From an uncultured bacterium (lineage in GTDB: Bacteria > Acidobacteriota > Aminicenantia > Aminicenantales > Aminicenantaceae): a stretch of DNA of 47,169 bases. Below, piece by piece: positions 38,164-47,169 of this stretch. How positions within the stretch are numbered: position 1 is the stretch's first letter; each line of letters opens with the position of its first letter. The notes under the pieces were generated by a model that saw nothing but the letters and a program-made list of their open reading frames with translations, was not told the origin of the DNA and ran no database searches. The position numbers and the translations under genes are program-made. Location of the stretch: contig CBFDBC010000003.1 in assembly GCA_965602945.1 (NCBI GenBank), forward strand, positions 1 to 47,169, given 5' to 3'.

Positions 38164-39543
38164 TTAACCTTCCTCCCTGACGAGCCTGTCAACGACCACT
38201 TCCATCCGCATGCCGCGTGATCCCTTGACCAGAATGACATCTCCCGCTTCCAGCAGGGCGGACAGGGCTTGCGCGGCCGCCGGGGAATCCTCGTAGACCA
38301 GCACGCGCTCAGGATCCATGCCGGCGCCGGTGGCGGCGTCCGCCGTGTTCCGGCTGAGGGGGCCCACCAGGACCAGCAGGTCGATCCCGAGCGCGGCCGC
38401 CTTTTCACCCGCCTCGCGGTGGTACGCGGCCTCCTCGCTGCCCAGTTCCAGCATGTCGCCCAGGACCGCAAGCCTGCGTCCTCCGGGAAGGCCGGCCAGG
38501 GCAGTGAGCGCTTCTTCCAGGGCCGAGGGATTGGAGTTGTAGGAGTCATCGATGACATGGATCCCCCGGGGCAAAGCATGGGACCGGCCCCTGTTCTCGA
38601 ACGGGCTGAGTCGGGAGGCGGCTTCCACGACCTTTTCGAGCGGGACGTCCAGGACCCGCGCGACGGCCGCCGCACCCAGGAAGTTGTAGAGCTGGCCGCG
38701 GTTGAAGAAGGGCAGAGCGGCGGGCCGGGATTCTTCTCCGTAGACGAGTTCGAATGACATCCCGTCCCAGCCCCGGAGCCGGATGTCCCGCGCCCTGATA
38801 GTACATGCTTCGGAAAGCCCGAAGAACAGGACGTCTCCGCTCCAGGTGGAGGCCATCTCCCGGACCAGCGGGTCGTCCCGGTTGAGGACGGCGGTCCCAA
38901 GGGCGGCGATCCCGTCCAGCAGTTCCTGCTTGGCACGCGCGATGCCGCGGATGTCGGGGAAAAACTTCAGGTGCACGGGCCGGACATTGGTGATCAGGGC
39001 GATGTCCGGGGGAGCGAATCGGGTCAGGGCGGCGATCTCGCCCGGTGCGCTCATCCCGTATTCCAGCACGGCTACTTCGTGATGGTCCTCGAGCCGCAGG
39101 AGGGAAAGCGGAAGTCCCAGGTGGTTGTTGAAGTTGCCCTCCGACTTGAGGACGCTGTAGGTGGAGGAGAGGATCTGTGCCGTGAATTCCTTGGTCGTGG
39201 TTTTCCCCACGCTTCCGGTGATGCCGACCACCCTGGGTCTGAGGGTGGATGTCACCGTTCCGGCCAGGCGCTGCAGGGCGTCGAGGGTGTCGGCCACCTG
39301 CAGCAGGGCTGTCTCCGGGTTGGGGATGGGCATCGGCCTGGCGATCACGGCGCCCGCCGCTCCCCGCCGGACGGCATCCGGAACGAAATCATGGCCGTCC
39401 CGTTCCGCCTGTATGGCGAAGAAAAGCTCGCCGGGCTCGCTCATGCGGGAGTCGATGTTGAAGCGGCGGAAGCGGAGGCCCGGATCGCCCTGGAGGATGG
39501 TCCCGTCCACCCGCTCCGTCAGTGCCTGAAGTGTCATCTCCAC
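38164..39543 (-). CDS. murF: UDP-N-acetylmuramoyl-tripeptide--D-alanyl-D-alanine ligase
   Basis: GITGSVGKTTTKE, NFNNHLGLP, DDSYNSNP, LGDMLELG, VKGSRG. Confidence 0.96.
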   Translation of the reverse strand: MEMTLQALTERVDGTILQGDPGLRFRRFNIDSRMSEPGELFFAIQAERDGHDFVPDAVRRGAAGAVIARPMPIPNPETALLQVADTLDALQRLAGTVTSTLRPRVVGITGSVGKTTTKEFTAQILSSTYSVLKSEGNFNNHLGLPLSLLRLEDHHEVAVLEYGMSAPGEIAALTRFAPPDIALITNVRPVHLKFFPDIRGIARAKQELLDGIAALGTAVLNRDDPLVREMASTWSGDVLFFGLSEACTIRARDIRLRGWDGMSFELVYGEESRPAALPFFNRGQLYNFLGAAAVARVLDVPLEKVVEAASRLSPFENRGRSHALPRGIHVIDDSYNSNPSALEEALTALAGLPGGRRLAVLGDMLELGSEEAAYHREAGEKAAALGIDLLVLVGPLSRNTADAATGAGMDPERVLVYEDSPAAAQALSALLEAGDVILVKGSRGMRMEVVVDRLVREEG

Positions 39544-39546
39544 CCT

Positions 39547-41013
39547 CTAGCTCCCGTCCATTTCCTTCAGGATCTCCCGGATGACCTCCGCGTCGTCGAA
39601 ATGGGTCACCCGGTCCTGGATGATCTGGTAATCTTCGTGACCCTTGCCGGCGATGAGGATGTAATCGCCCTCAAGTCCCTGATGCAGCGCCTTCCTTATG
39701 GCCGCTCTGCGGTCGGGCTCGATCTCATATCTGTCCCTGCCGTTCCTGTGGATTCCCCCCTCTATGTCCCGGATGATCTCCAGCGGGTCCTCGGACCTGG
39801 GATTGTCCGATGTGATGATGCTCCAGTCCGACAGAGAGCCAGCCGCCTCTCCCATGCGGGGGCGCTTGCTGCGGTCGCGGTCGCCGCCCGCCCCGAAGAC
39901 CACTATCACCCGGTTTTCTCCCCTCAGTTCGCGTGCCGTCTCCAGCAGGTTGCGCAGGGCATCGTCTGTGTGGGCATAGTCGACGAAGATGTGCAGCCCG
40001 CGGGAATTGTCGATCTTTTCGAACCGCCCCGGCACGCCCCGGAGGGAGCGGATGCCTTCCTTCACGGCGGCGGCGGGGATGTTCAGTGTCAGGGCCGCGG
40101 CCACGGCGGCCAGGATGTTGTACAGGTTCGGCTTGCCCAGGAGGTGTGAGTCCAGCTCGAGACGACCGGCCGGGAACTTGACGGCCGCACGGATCCCGTC
40201 GTCCCTGAACGTGTAGTCCTCGGCCCGCACCATGGCGCTAGGGGCCAGGCCGTAGGTAACCCCGCCCATGGCGAGATGGGCCATGAGTTTCCTGCCCCAT
40301 TCATCGTCCGCGTTCACCACGGCCATGCTGCGGCGACCCAGCGTGAACAGCCTCAGCTTGGCCCGGAAGTAGTCTTCCATGGTGCGGTGGTAATCGAGGT
40401 GGTCGCCGCTGAGGTTGGTGAACACGGCGACATCGAAATCGACCCCCACGGGCCGCTTCAGGTCCAGGGCGTGGGAGGAGACCTCCATGACGCAGTGGGT
40501 GGCCCGGTTGTCCTTCAGTGTGCGCATCATCTTCTGCAGGTCCGGGGCCTCGGGAGTCGTGCGTGAGGCGACCTCCTCCAGCCCGGGCCCGCGGTATTGG
40601 ATGGTTCCCAGAAGCCCTGACCGGTGTCCCGCCGCCTTGAAGATGGACTCCAGGAGATACGTGATGGTGGTCTTGCCCTTGGTCCCTGTGATCCCGATCA
40701 CCTTGAGCTCACGGGATGGGTGGCCGTAAAAATTTGCGGAACACAGGGCCAGCGCCTCGCGTGCGTCTGCGGCCTGGATCCAGGCGGTGTCGAGTTCCGC
40801 CGGCTTCTCCCGTTCCGAGCGAACGGCGGAGGCCCCTTTGGCCAGGGCATCGGGGATGAAGACGAATCCGTCGGCCTTGACACCCCTGAGGGCGGCGAAA
40901 AGGCTGCCCGGGACGACCGCCTGGGAAGCATAGGCGATCTCTTGGATCTCCAGGCTTCCGTCGCCGGCCAGCCGGATGGCGGGGACCTCCTCCAGGAGGT
41001 GTTCGAGCCTCAT
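39547..41013 (-). CDS. murE: UDP-N-acetylmuramoyl-L-alanyl-D-glutamate--meso-DAP ligase
   Basis: GITGTKGKTT, TTPE, MEVSSHAL, DHLDYH, DYAHT, DNPR (DAP-type), AGKGHE; start trimmed to MRLEH. Confidence 0.96.
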   Translation of the reverse strand: MRLEHLLEEVPAIRLAGDGSLEIQEIAYASQAVVPGSLFAALRGVKADGFVFIPDALAKGASAVRSEREKPAELDTAWIQAADAREALALCSANFYGHPSRELKVIGITGTKGKTTITYLLESIFKAAGHRSGLLGTIQYRGPGLEEVASRTTPEAPDLQKMMRTLKDNRATHCVMEVSSHALDLKRPVGVDFDVAVFTNLSGDHLDYHRTMEDYFRAKLRLFTLGRRSMAVVNADDEWGRKLMAHLAMGGVTYGLAPSAMVRAEDYTFRDDGIRAAVKFPAGRLELDSHLLGKPNLYNILAAVAAALTLNIPAAAVKEGIRSLRGVPGRFEKIDNSRGLHIFVDYAHTDDALRNLLETARELRGENRVIVVFGAGGDRDRSKRPRMGEAAGSLSDWSIITSDNPRSEDPLEIIRDIEGGIHRNGRDRYEIEPDRRAAIRKALHQGLEGDYILIAGKGHEDYQIIQDRVTHFDDAEVIREILKEMDGS

Positions 41014-42782
41014 CGGGTCTCCCCCCTGGAATCGGCTGTCAGCAGGGTGCGTTTCAGCCCGGGATCCCGCCGGACCCGCAGGTAGAGCAGCACACGCTCG
41101 GCGATGTCCTTGAACACCGGGGCGGCCACGTCCCCGCCGTAGTACTTCCCCCGGGGATTGTCGATCACGACGATCATGGAGATCACCGGGTCGGCGGCCG
41201 GGACAAAACCCACGAAGGAGCCGATGTGGGAGTCGGAGGAGTATCCCCCCAGGTCTCGAAGATATTTCTGGGCGGTGCCGGTTTTTCCGGCCGCCTGATA
41301 GCCTTCGGGCTGGGCCGACACACCGGTCCCTCGCCTCACCGCCTCGGTCATCAGCCGCTTGAGCGTGTCCGAGGTGCTCTGATCCAGGACCCGCCTGTAG
41401 GGAGCGGACCGGTCGGGGAGTGCCGGGGGGTCCTCCGGGATGTCCTTCACGACGCGGAAGGGGATGTGCATCCCCCTGTTGGCCACGATGTTCGCCATCT
41501 GAAGCACCTGGAGGGCCGTGGCGCTGAATCCGTATCCGACGGAAAACCAGGCATACTGGTGCTTTCCCTCCCATACATCCGGGGGGTACACCTTGCCGGG
41601 CTCCTCTCCGGGGAGGCCTATGCCCGTCCTCCGAGCGAATCCCATCCTCATGACCATCTCGTAGAGAGAGTCTTCGCCCACCTCGTCCACGATGAGGGTT
41701 GTGCCCACGTTGGAGGAGTGGATGAAGACCTCCTCGAAGGTCAGGATCCCCAGCTTCTTGTGATCGGTTATTGAACGTTTGCCGAAGAACCGCTTCCCGG
41801 CGCTGCAGTCGAAGGTCTGGTCTATGCGGAACGCCCCGGACTCGAGGGCGGCCGCGAAGGTCGCGATCTTCATGGTCGATCCGTGCTCGAAGACATCCCG
41901 GATAGCCCCGTTGCGGTCCGCACGCTGTCGTTCGCTGTCGTTCTGGAGCTTACGGTTGGGATCATAAGGGGGATAGTTGACCATGGCCAGGATCTCTCCG
42001 GAGGTAGGGGCCGAGATGATCACGGTCGCCCATTCCGCTCCCGTCTCGGCATAGGCCTGTGCCAGCCTGCGGGAGGCGAAATGCTGGATGTTCTCATCGA
42101 TGGTCAGGTACACGTCCTTGCCTGGCACCGGGGGCTTCAGGATCACCCGCTGGAAGCTCCGCCGTATGCCGTCCTGCAGGTCGAGGCTCCGGCCCGCCAC
42201 CCCGCCCAGCACGGCATCGTAGCTCAGCTCGATCCCGGCCTGGCCCTTGCCGTCCAGGCCGGTCCGGCCCAGCAGATAGCCCGCCAGAGTGTTCTTGGGA
42301 TAGACACGCTTGGGCGAATCTTCGAAGTCGATGCCTGCGATCCCCGCGGACCTGACCTGCCATGCAACATCATAGGGAACCTGGCGCTTGATGCGGCTGT
42401 AGGCGTGTCCGTCCTGCACACGGTTCCAGACATACTCTTCCTCGGCCCGGGTAATGGAGTAGGATGCAGGCAGCAGGTCCCGCAGCCGGTTCATCTTGGT
42501 GCGCAGGCTCTGCTGAGTGTCATCCTCCTGCGTACGGTAGGCGATGTGCTGCGCAGGCGTGCTCATAGCCAGGATGAGTCCGTTGCGGTCGAAGATGGTG
42601 CCGCGCTTGGGAAGGATATCGACATCCTCCCGGTTCTGATTCAGGACGGTCTCTTTGTGCTGTGCGTGTTCCAGCACCTGGAGCTGCACCAGCCGGAGTG
42701 AGAGGAGGGCGAACCACAACAGACAGACAAAACCCAGGATCAGGGTCCGTCTCCACGTCTTGTCCTTTGCCGGGCGCTTCAT
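41010..42782 (-). CDS. ftsI: Class B penicillin-binding protein FtsI
   Basis: N-terminal TM, RGTIFDRNG, STMK (SxxK), SSN, KTGTAQ. Confidence 0.93.
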   Translation of the reverse strand: MKRPAKDKTWRRTLILGFVCLLWFALLSLRLVQLQVLEHAQHKETVLNQNREDVDILPKRGTIFDRNGLILAMSTPAQHIAYRTQEDDTQQSLRTKMNRLRDLLPASYSITRAEEEYVWNRVQDGHAYSRIKRQVPYDVAWQVRSAGIAGIDFEDSPKRVYPKNTLAGYLLGRTGLDGKGQAGIELSYDAVLGGVAGRSLDLQDGIRRSFQRVILKPPVPGKDVYLTIDENIQHFASRRLAQAYAETGAEWATVIISAPTSGEILAMVNYPPYDPNRKLQNDSERQRADRNGAIRDVFEHGSTMKIATFAAALESGAFRIDQTFDCSAGKRFFGKRSITDHKKLGILTFEEVFIHSSNVGTTLIVDEVGEDSLYEMVMRMGFARRTGIGLPGEEPGKVYPPDVWEGKHQYAWFSVGYGFSATALQVLQMANIVANRGMHIPFRVVKDIPEDPPALPDRSAPYRRVLDQSTSDTLKRLMTEAVRRGTGVSAQPEGYQAAGKTGTAQKYLRDLGGYSSDSHIGSFVGFVPAADPVISMIVVIDNPRGKYYGGDVAAPVFKDIAERVLLYLRVRRDPGLKRTLLTADSRGETR

Positions 42783-43090
42783 GGCCTGTCTCTCCGGGCC
42801 GGCTGGTCTTCCCACATGATGATCCGGTCGGCGCTGACCTCCGTGTATCCCAGTTCCTCCCGGGCGATCCTCCCCACCCGATCGGGCGCGAGCAGCATGG
42901 CTCTCCGTGCCTCCAGTGTGTCCATCTCCAGCTCCAGGGTCTGCAGTTCGGACTCCAGCTCGAGGATGCGGTAACCCAGGCGGATGGATTCGACCTGGTG
43001 CCAGATGTAGAACATAAGGATCAACACGACCACCGCGGCGGCAACGAGACCCAGGGCGATGTCCCTGGCCTTGACCTTTCGCCTCACCAT
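42779..43090 (-). CDS. ftsL: Cell division protein FtsL
   Basis: TM plus coiled coil, RIAREELG; position between rsmH and ftsI. Confidence 0.8.
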   Translation of the reverse strand: MVRRKVKARDIALGLVAAAVVVLILMFYIWHQVESIRLGYRILELESELQTLELEMDTLEARRAMLLAPDRVGRIAREELGYTEVSADRIIMWEDQPARRDRP

Positions 43091-43990
43091 CTAAAGTTTC
43101 TCCGCGGCCCTGAGCTTGGCGGAGCGGGACCGGAAATTGGCCGCAACTTCCGGGGCATCGGGAGTGACCGGTTTCCTGGTCAGGATCCTAAGCGTAGGGG
43201 ACCGGCCGTCCTCTGCGGACGCCAGGTCAATCAGAGTGTGCTTGACGATCCTGTCCTCCAGGGAGTGGAATGAGATGAGCGCGATGCGGGCCCCCGCCGG
43301 CATCTGGTCCACGATGTCCCTCAGGAAGTCCCCCAGGTCCTGGAGTTCCTGGTTAACTTCGATGCGCAGGGCCTGGAAGACCCGGGCTGCCGGATGGCTC
43401 TTGCCTTTCTGGGCCCTCCAGTGGCAGACATCTTCCACGATCTGGAAGAGCTGGGTGGTGGACTCGATCTTACGGATCTTTCGTCTGGATGCGATGGCTC
43501 GAGCCAGTTTCTTGGATTGACGCAGTTCCCCATATTCGAAGAAGACCTGCGCCAGGTGGGGCTCCGAATATTTTTCCAGTATGCGCGCCGCCGTGACTTT
43601 GTTCCGGCTGTCCATTCGCATGTCCAGAGGTCCTTCCTGGTTGAAGCTGAAGCCCCGCTCCGGGTTGTCGAGCTGGAACGAGGAGATCCCCAGGTCCACG
43701 AGCAACCCTTTCACTCGGGAGAAATCCACCTCCAGTTCGGGAAGGAGGCGGAAATCGGAGTGGAAGATCCGTACGCGGTCGGCGAAGTCCTGGAGCCGAT
43801 CCCGCGCCGCCTGGAGGGACCGCTCGTCCCGGTCCAGGCCGATGAGCTCCGCTCCGGGATTTCGCTGGAGCAGAACGGAGGCGTGGCCTCCCAGTCCCAG
43901 CGTGCAGTCGATGTAGATGCCCTCTCTTTCGATATCCAGATACTGCAGGGCCTCCTCCAGGAGGACTGGGATGTGGCCCTGCCCGATCAT
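43091..43990 (-). CDS. rsmH: 16S rRNA (cytosine1402-N4)-methyltransferase
   Basis: HIPVLL, DCTLGLGGH, DLGISSFQLD, LDMRMD, FQALRIEVN, ISFHSLEDR, RSRSAKLR. Confidence 0.97.
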   Translation of the reverse strand: MIGQGHIPVLLEEALQYLDIEREGIYIDCTLGLGGHASVLLQRNPGAELIGLDRDERSLQAARDRLQDFADRVRIFHSDFRLLPELEVDFSRVKGLLVDLGISSFQLDNPERGFSFNQEGPLDMRMDSRNKVTAARILEKYSEPHLAQVFFEYGELRQSKKLARAIASRRKIRKIESTTQLFQIVEDVCHWRAQKGKSHPAARVFQALRIEVNQELQDLGDFLRDIVDQMPAGARIALISFHSLEDRIVKHTLIDLASAEDGRSPTLRILTRKPVTPDAPEVAANFRSRSAKLRAAEKL

Positions 43991-44469
43991 TCCCGGTTAC
44001 CTTTCGGTTGGAGTTCGGCTATGCGTTTGAAATCCTCGTCTGTGAGCGGATGCTCTTCAATGAGTTCTTCGATCCTGGACCTGCACCACACCTCGAGATG
44101 GTTATTCATCCCGATGACCTCGACCTCCTCTTCCAGGCCGGCCTTTTCCTTCAGCGTCTGGTTGATGAGGACCCGGCCTTTGGAGTCGATCTCGTTGTGC
44201 GTGCCCTTGAGGTTGACACGGCGCATGAAGCCTCGGATCTCAGGCCTCAGGTGAAGCAGCCCTGTGTCCGTCAGCCCTGCGAGCTGTTCCCAAACGGGGA
44301 GGGGATAGATCTGGACGGCCTGGTCTGTCAGTGAGGTGATGAACACCCCCGTTCCGTACTGATCCTCGATGGCGGCCCGGAATTTTTCCGGGATCTTGAT
44401 GCGGCCGCTCTTGTCCAGGCGTGCGGTGTAGCTCCCGATCAGGTATTGTCCCAATTTGTCCCGTTTCAT
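43987..44469 (-). CDS. mraZ: Transcriptional regulator MraZ
   Basis: Two AbrB-like repeats LDKSGRIKIP and IDSKGRVLI, IGMNNHLEVW; exact start uncertain (44469 ATG or 44454 TTG). Confidence 0.9.
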   Translation of the reverse strand: MKRDKLGQYLIGSYTARLDKSGRIKIPEKFRAAIEDQYGTGVFITSLTDQAVQIYPLPVWEQLAGLTDTGLLHLRPEIRGFMRRVNLKGTHNEIDSKGRVLINQTLKEKAGLEEEVEVIGMNNHLEVWCRSRIEELIEEHPLTDEDFKRIAELQPKGNRE

Positions 44470-44473
44470 CCCA
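44449..44473 (-). promoter_or_regulatory. Putative MraZ operator: three YGGGA boxes at 10-bp period
   Basis: TGGGA-N5-CGGGA-N5-TGGGA on minus strand just downstream of promoter. Confidence 0.65.
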
Positions 44474-44483
44474 TTTTGTATTG

Positions 44484-44512
44484 ATAATATCTATGATACC
44501 CCCCCTTGTCAA
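44484..44512 (-). promoter_or_regulatory. Putative sigma70 promoter of the dcw cluster
   Basis: TTGACA-N17-TATTAT on minus strand. Confidence 0.65.
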
Positions 44513-44614
44513 GAAAAAAACCGGGATTTTTTGGGATTTTTCCCGCCCTCTACCGGGGGAAACCGGAGTGGAGACGGTTATCGGTCCCGGAACGGGACGG
44601 AATGGGACATTTGA

Positions 44615-44875
44615 TCACTCTTCGGGGCGCTCTTCGATCAGCTCTTTGGCGGCGGCATAGTCCCCCTGTGAAACCATGATCCTGATCTTTCCCAGGCCGT
44701 CGGCCGAGAAGGCGTGCACGGACTGGACGACAAGCCCCCGCATGAGGCATGGGATGTTGTGGTAGGCCAGGAGGCTCTTGATCACCTCCGCCTCCACCGG
44801 ACCCTGGACAGCGGCCACTTCCTTGAGCTCGGCGGCCATGGCATCCTTCAGTGATCGGGGCTTCTTTTCATCCAT
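44615..44875 (-). CDS. DUF2007-like putative signal-transducing protein
   Basis: [15 protein letters not shown] ... [17 protein letters not shown]; start trimmed to MDEKK. Confidence 0.75.
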   Translation of the reverse strand: MDEKKPRSLKDAMAAELKEVAAVQGPVEAEVIKSLLAYHNIPCLMRGLVVQSVHAFSADGLGKIRIMVSQGDYAAAKELIEERPEE

Positions 44876-45284
44876 TTCTGCGTTCCAGGTAATCATCGAG
44901 GATCCGCCGGTGGTCAAAAGCCAGGGGGCGATCTATCTTTTCCGGGTCGAGTATCTCCAGTTCGAGGGCATCATCCTGCGCCTCCGGAGTCCCTGCGGCG
45001 ACCGCCACGTATACGGTCGTGATGGTGTGCTTGCGCGGGTCGCGCCGCGGGTCGGAGTAGGTGTGCATCTGGTACTTGAGAGTGATGTCCAGCGAGGTTT
45101 CTTCCTTGGCCTCCCGCACGGCCGCTTCCTCCAGTGACTCCCCGTAGTCGACAAACCCTCCGGGTAGGGCCCAGCCGGGGGGCGGGAACTTCCGTTTGAT
45201 CAGGACGATCCCGGGCTTCCCGTTTTCGTCTTCGATCTCGATGATGATGTCGACCGTGGGGTGGGGATTCTTGTATTCCGGCAT
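44868..45284 (-). CDS. NUDIX hydrolase
   Basis: Nudix box [24 protein letters not shown]; RDPR, LAFDH. Confidence 0.93.
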   Translation of the reverse strand: MPEYKNPHPTVDIIIEIEDENGKPGIVLIKRKFPPPGWALPGGFVDYGESLEEAAVREAKEETSLDITLKYQMHTYSDPRRDPRKHTITTVYVAVAAGTPEAQDDALELEILDPEKIDRPLAFDHRRILDDYLERRNG

Positions 45285-45359
45285 TATCCTGCGTTTTTCT
45301 TGAGTTGGATGCCCCTAATTCTACGGCTAAAGCCCGGAAATTGCAACTCGCCGGCCCGC

Positions 45360-45388
45360 TTGTCTCATTTGAGTACACATGCTATGAT
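45360..45388 (+). promoter_or_regulatory. Putative sigma70 promoter with extended -10
   Basis: TTGTCT-N17-TATGAT with TGn before -10. Confidence 0.45.
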
Positions 45389-45488
45389 TTGAGGACAGGA
45401 TGTGATGCCCCAAGACCCTGATCTCCCTGGGTAGAGGGATGGCATGAATCTTGCTTAAGTAATGAGTACCTGAGAAAGGAGTACTGAG

Positions 45489-46268
45489 ATGAAAAAACTT
45501 GCCATAATGCTTCCGTTGCTGGTGCTCTTCGTCGGCTGTACCGTCATCCAAGAACCGTTGACCGGTCCCAGAGTGGCCGTAGTGCCCGCCGACGCAGCTT
45601 ATTACGACTATTATCCTGCCGAGGGATATAGTTCCGCTTATGCCTATCCTTCCATCTATGTCGGGCTCGGTTGGGGCTGGGGCCCCGCCTGGTTCTACGG
45701 GTGCTGGGACTGGTACTGGGGAAGCTGCGGCGGGTGGTGGGGCTACCCCTGGGGTGGTTACTGGGGTTGGTCCTGGTGGTCCCCCTGGTACCCCGTCTAC
45801 CCCGGCTACCAGATCTACGCCGGGTATCCCAGCTATCCGAGTTATCCCAGCTCCTACGCAGAACGCTACTCGGTCTCGAAACAGTCTCTGGCCGGCAGAG
45901 ACGGCGGAACCCGCAATATACGGGGAGACACATCGGCCGGCGAAACTTCCACCAGCCGGGTCCGGACCAGCTCCACCCGGGCCGGGACAACGTCCCGCAA
46001 CATACGGACCTATTCCCCTGCCCGGAGCACGGCATCTTCGAGCCGCGTGAGGTCCACGTCAGGTCGGTCTGTAAGGACGACCTCTACCAGGAGAACCGGC
46101 TCATCCCGTGCGACTACGGCTTCGCGCGGCAGATCCGCATCGCGTTCGGCTGCGCGGACTTCCAGTGCCGGCCGCAGCAGCGCAGGGCGCAGCAGTGCAG
46201 GACGCAGTAGCGCAGGCCGCAGCAGCGCAGGACGCAGTTCAGGCGGTTCCCGGGTGAAGAAGAAATAA
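45489..46268 (+). CDS. Hypothetical lipoprotein with Trp/Tyr/Gly-rich core and Ser/Arg-rich tail
   Basis: AAAGGAG RBS; MKK..LFVGC lipobox; low-complexity segments. Confidence 0.75.
   Translation: MKKLAIMLPLLVLFVGCTVIQEPLTGPRVAVVPADAAYYDYYPAEGYSSAYAYPSIYVGLGWGWGPAWFYGCWDWYWGSCGGWWGYPWGGYWGWSWWSPWYPVYPGYQIYAGYPSYPSYPSSYAERYSVSKQSLAGRDGGTRNIRGDTSAGETSTSRVRTSSTRAGTTSRNIRTYSPARSTASSSRVRSTSGRSVRTTSTRRTGSSRATTASRGRSASRSAARTSSAGRSSAGRSSAGRSSAGRSSAGRSSGGSRVKKK
46161..46235 (+). repeat. 15-bp coding tandem repeat, (SSAGR)x5
   Basis: tccagtgccggccgc / agcagcgcagggcgc / agcagtgcaggacgc / agtagcgcaggccgc / agcagcgcaggacgc. Confidence 0.9.
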
Positions 46269-46332
46269 CAACCCGTGAGTGCCGCATCACATATGTAGTG
46301 TCAGCAGCCCTCAAGGGCAAGAGGAGGGGATC

Positions 46333-47169
46333 ATGAAACACGCAAGAACACTAGTACTGTGCCTGGGGACAGCGTTTCTGCTCCTGCTGTCCGGCCAGTC
46401 TTTGGCCGGCAAGGAGTACACCTACGCCCCTGATCCAGGCAAGGAGATCTACTTCGGCCACATCAGTTATACCGAGATCTTCAATGACACCCAGGATCCT
46501 GTTGTCTACCGGCCGGGTCAGACCTCGCCGGAGAAGGCGGTCCTGAACCTGCCCCTGGCTCCCGGGGATGTTATCCTGACTTCGTCCGAGCGCAGGTGTG
46601 AGATCCAGTTCGATTCCGGAACCCTCATACGCCTGGACACCGACACTCAGCTCAGGATCGAGACCATCCTGGCCGAGAGCCTGAGCTCGGGCAAGAAACT
46701 CAGCAACCTCGTCCTGGAAAAGGGGCGGATCTACGTCATGTACAAACGGTACAACCGTCCCGAGATCTTCCAGGTGAAAACAGCCCCCGCCGCCTTCAAG
46801 CTGGACCACAATTCGGTCAGCATCATCCACGCCGGCCCGAGCATCCCTTCGGAGGTGTGGGTGGAAGAGGGGAAGGTTTATGTCCTATACGGTTCGTCCG
46901 TGAAGATGGAAGACCTGAAGCTGAAGAAGTCTGAACAGATGCGCATCACCTACGGCAGGGAACCGGCAGTCCTGGCGGAACCCCCTGAGAAAGGTTTTCA
47001 GGAATGGAACCGGAAGATGAACCAGGATTTTGTAGAGATGCACCGCTACCAGACCATGCTGCCCAAACCTGTCCAGCGCTACTCGGACGCCGTCACCTAC
47101 TTCGCACAGAAGTATTCCATGGTCTACGGCGAGTGGGAGGTGGTCATCGCCTTTCTGATCGCCAGCCTG
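46333..47169 (+). CDS. Secreted FecR-domain protein (3' truncated by window edge; absent from ORF track)
   Basis: GAGGAGGG RBS, ATG 46333, frame open to the end; signal peptide, NLPLAPGD, RCEIQFDSGTLIRLD, LEKGRIYV, FQVKT, VEEGKV. Confidence 0.78.
   Translation, partial: MKHARTLVLCLGTAFLLLLSGQSLAGKEYTYAPDPGKEIYFGHISYTEIFNDTQDPVVYRPGQTSPEKAVLNLPLAPGDVILTSSERRCEIQFDSGTLIRLDTDTQLRIETILAESLSSGKKLSNLVLEKGRIYVMYKRYNRPEIFQVKTAPAAFKLDHNSVSIIHAGPSIPSEVWVEEGKVYVLYGSSVKMEDLKLKKSEQMRITYGREPAVLAEPPEKGFQEWNRKMNQDFVEMHRYQTMLPKPVQRYSDAVTYFAQKYSMVYGEWEVVIAFLIASL

Noticed and set aside
41869-41892. FtsI EHGSTMK instead of EPGSTxK
   Set aside because: Catalytic SxxK, SxN and KTG are all intact; a single substitution is not informative

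Overview
GC-rich bacterial chromosomal window of mostly housekeeping genes. The gene style is compatible with an anaerobic diderm such as Aminicenantia/Acidobacteriota, which is a low-confidence inference. Left to right it carries: two LeuC/LeuD-type dehydratase pairs flanking an isocitrate/isopropylmalate-family dehydrogenase; tsaB-rimI; truA and a TIGR00725 protein; a sulfatase-like lipoprotein, two hypotheticals and four GT4 glycosyltransferases; an MglA-like GTPase; comM/YifB; an AT-richer GT-C membrane glycosyltransferase; thioredoxin; malic enzyme; an ammonia-lyase with an Ala-Cys-Gly MIO motif; DUF1080; two convergent SH3 plus beta-barrel paralogues; hutI attached to the end of a dcw cluster (mraZ to ftsZ, lacking murB and ddl); NUDIX; a repeat-rich lipoprotein; and a truncated FecR-like gene. 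The most unusual signal is non-coding. The whole 17788-18232 gap between two convergent stop codons is a head-to-tail array of ~195-bp structured elements with terminal inverted repeats, compensatory base changes and 20-bp palindromic junctions. A related solitary hairpin copy sits at 27304-27391. No rRNA, tRNA, CRISPR array or transposase was seen.
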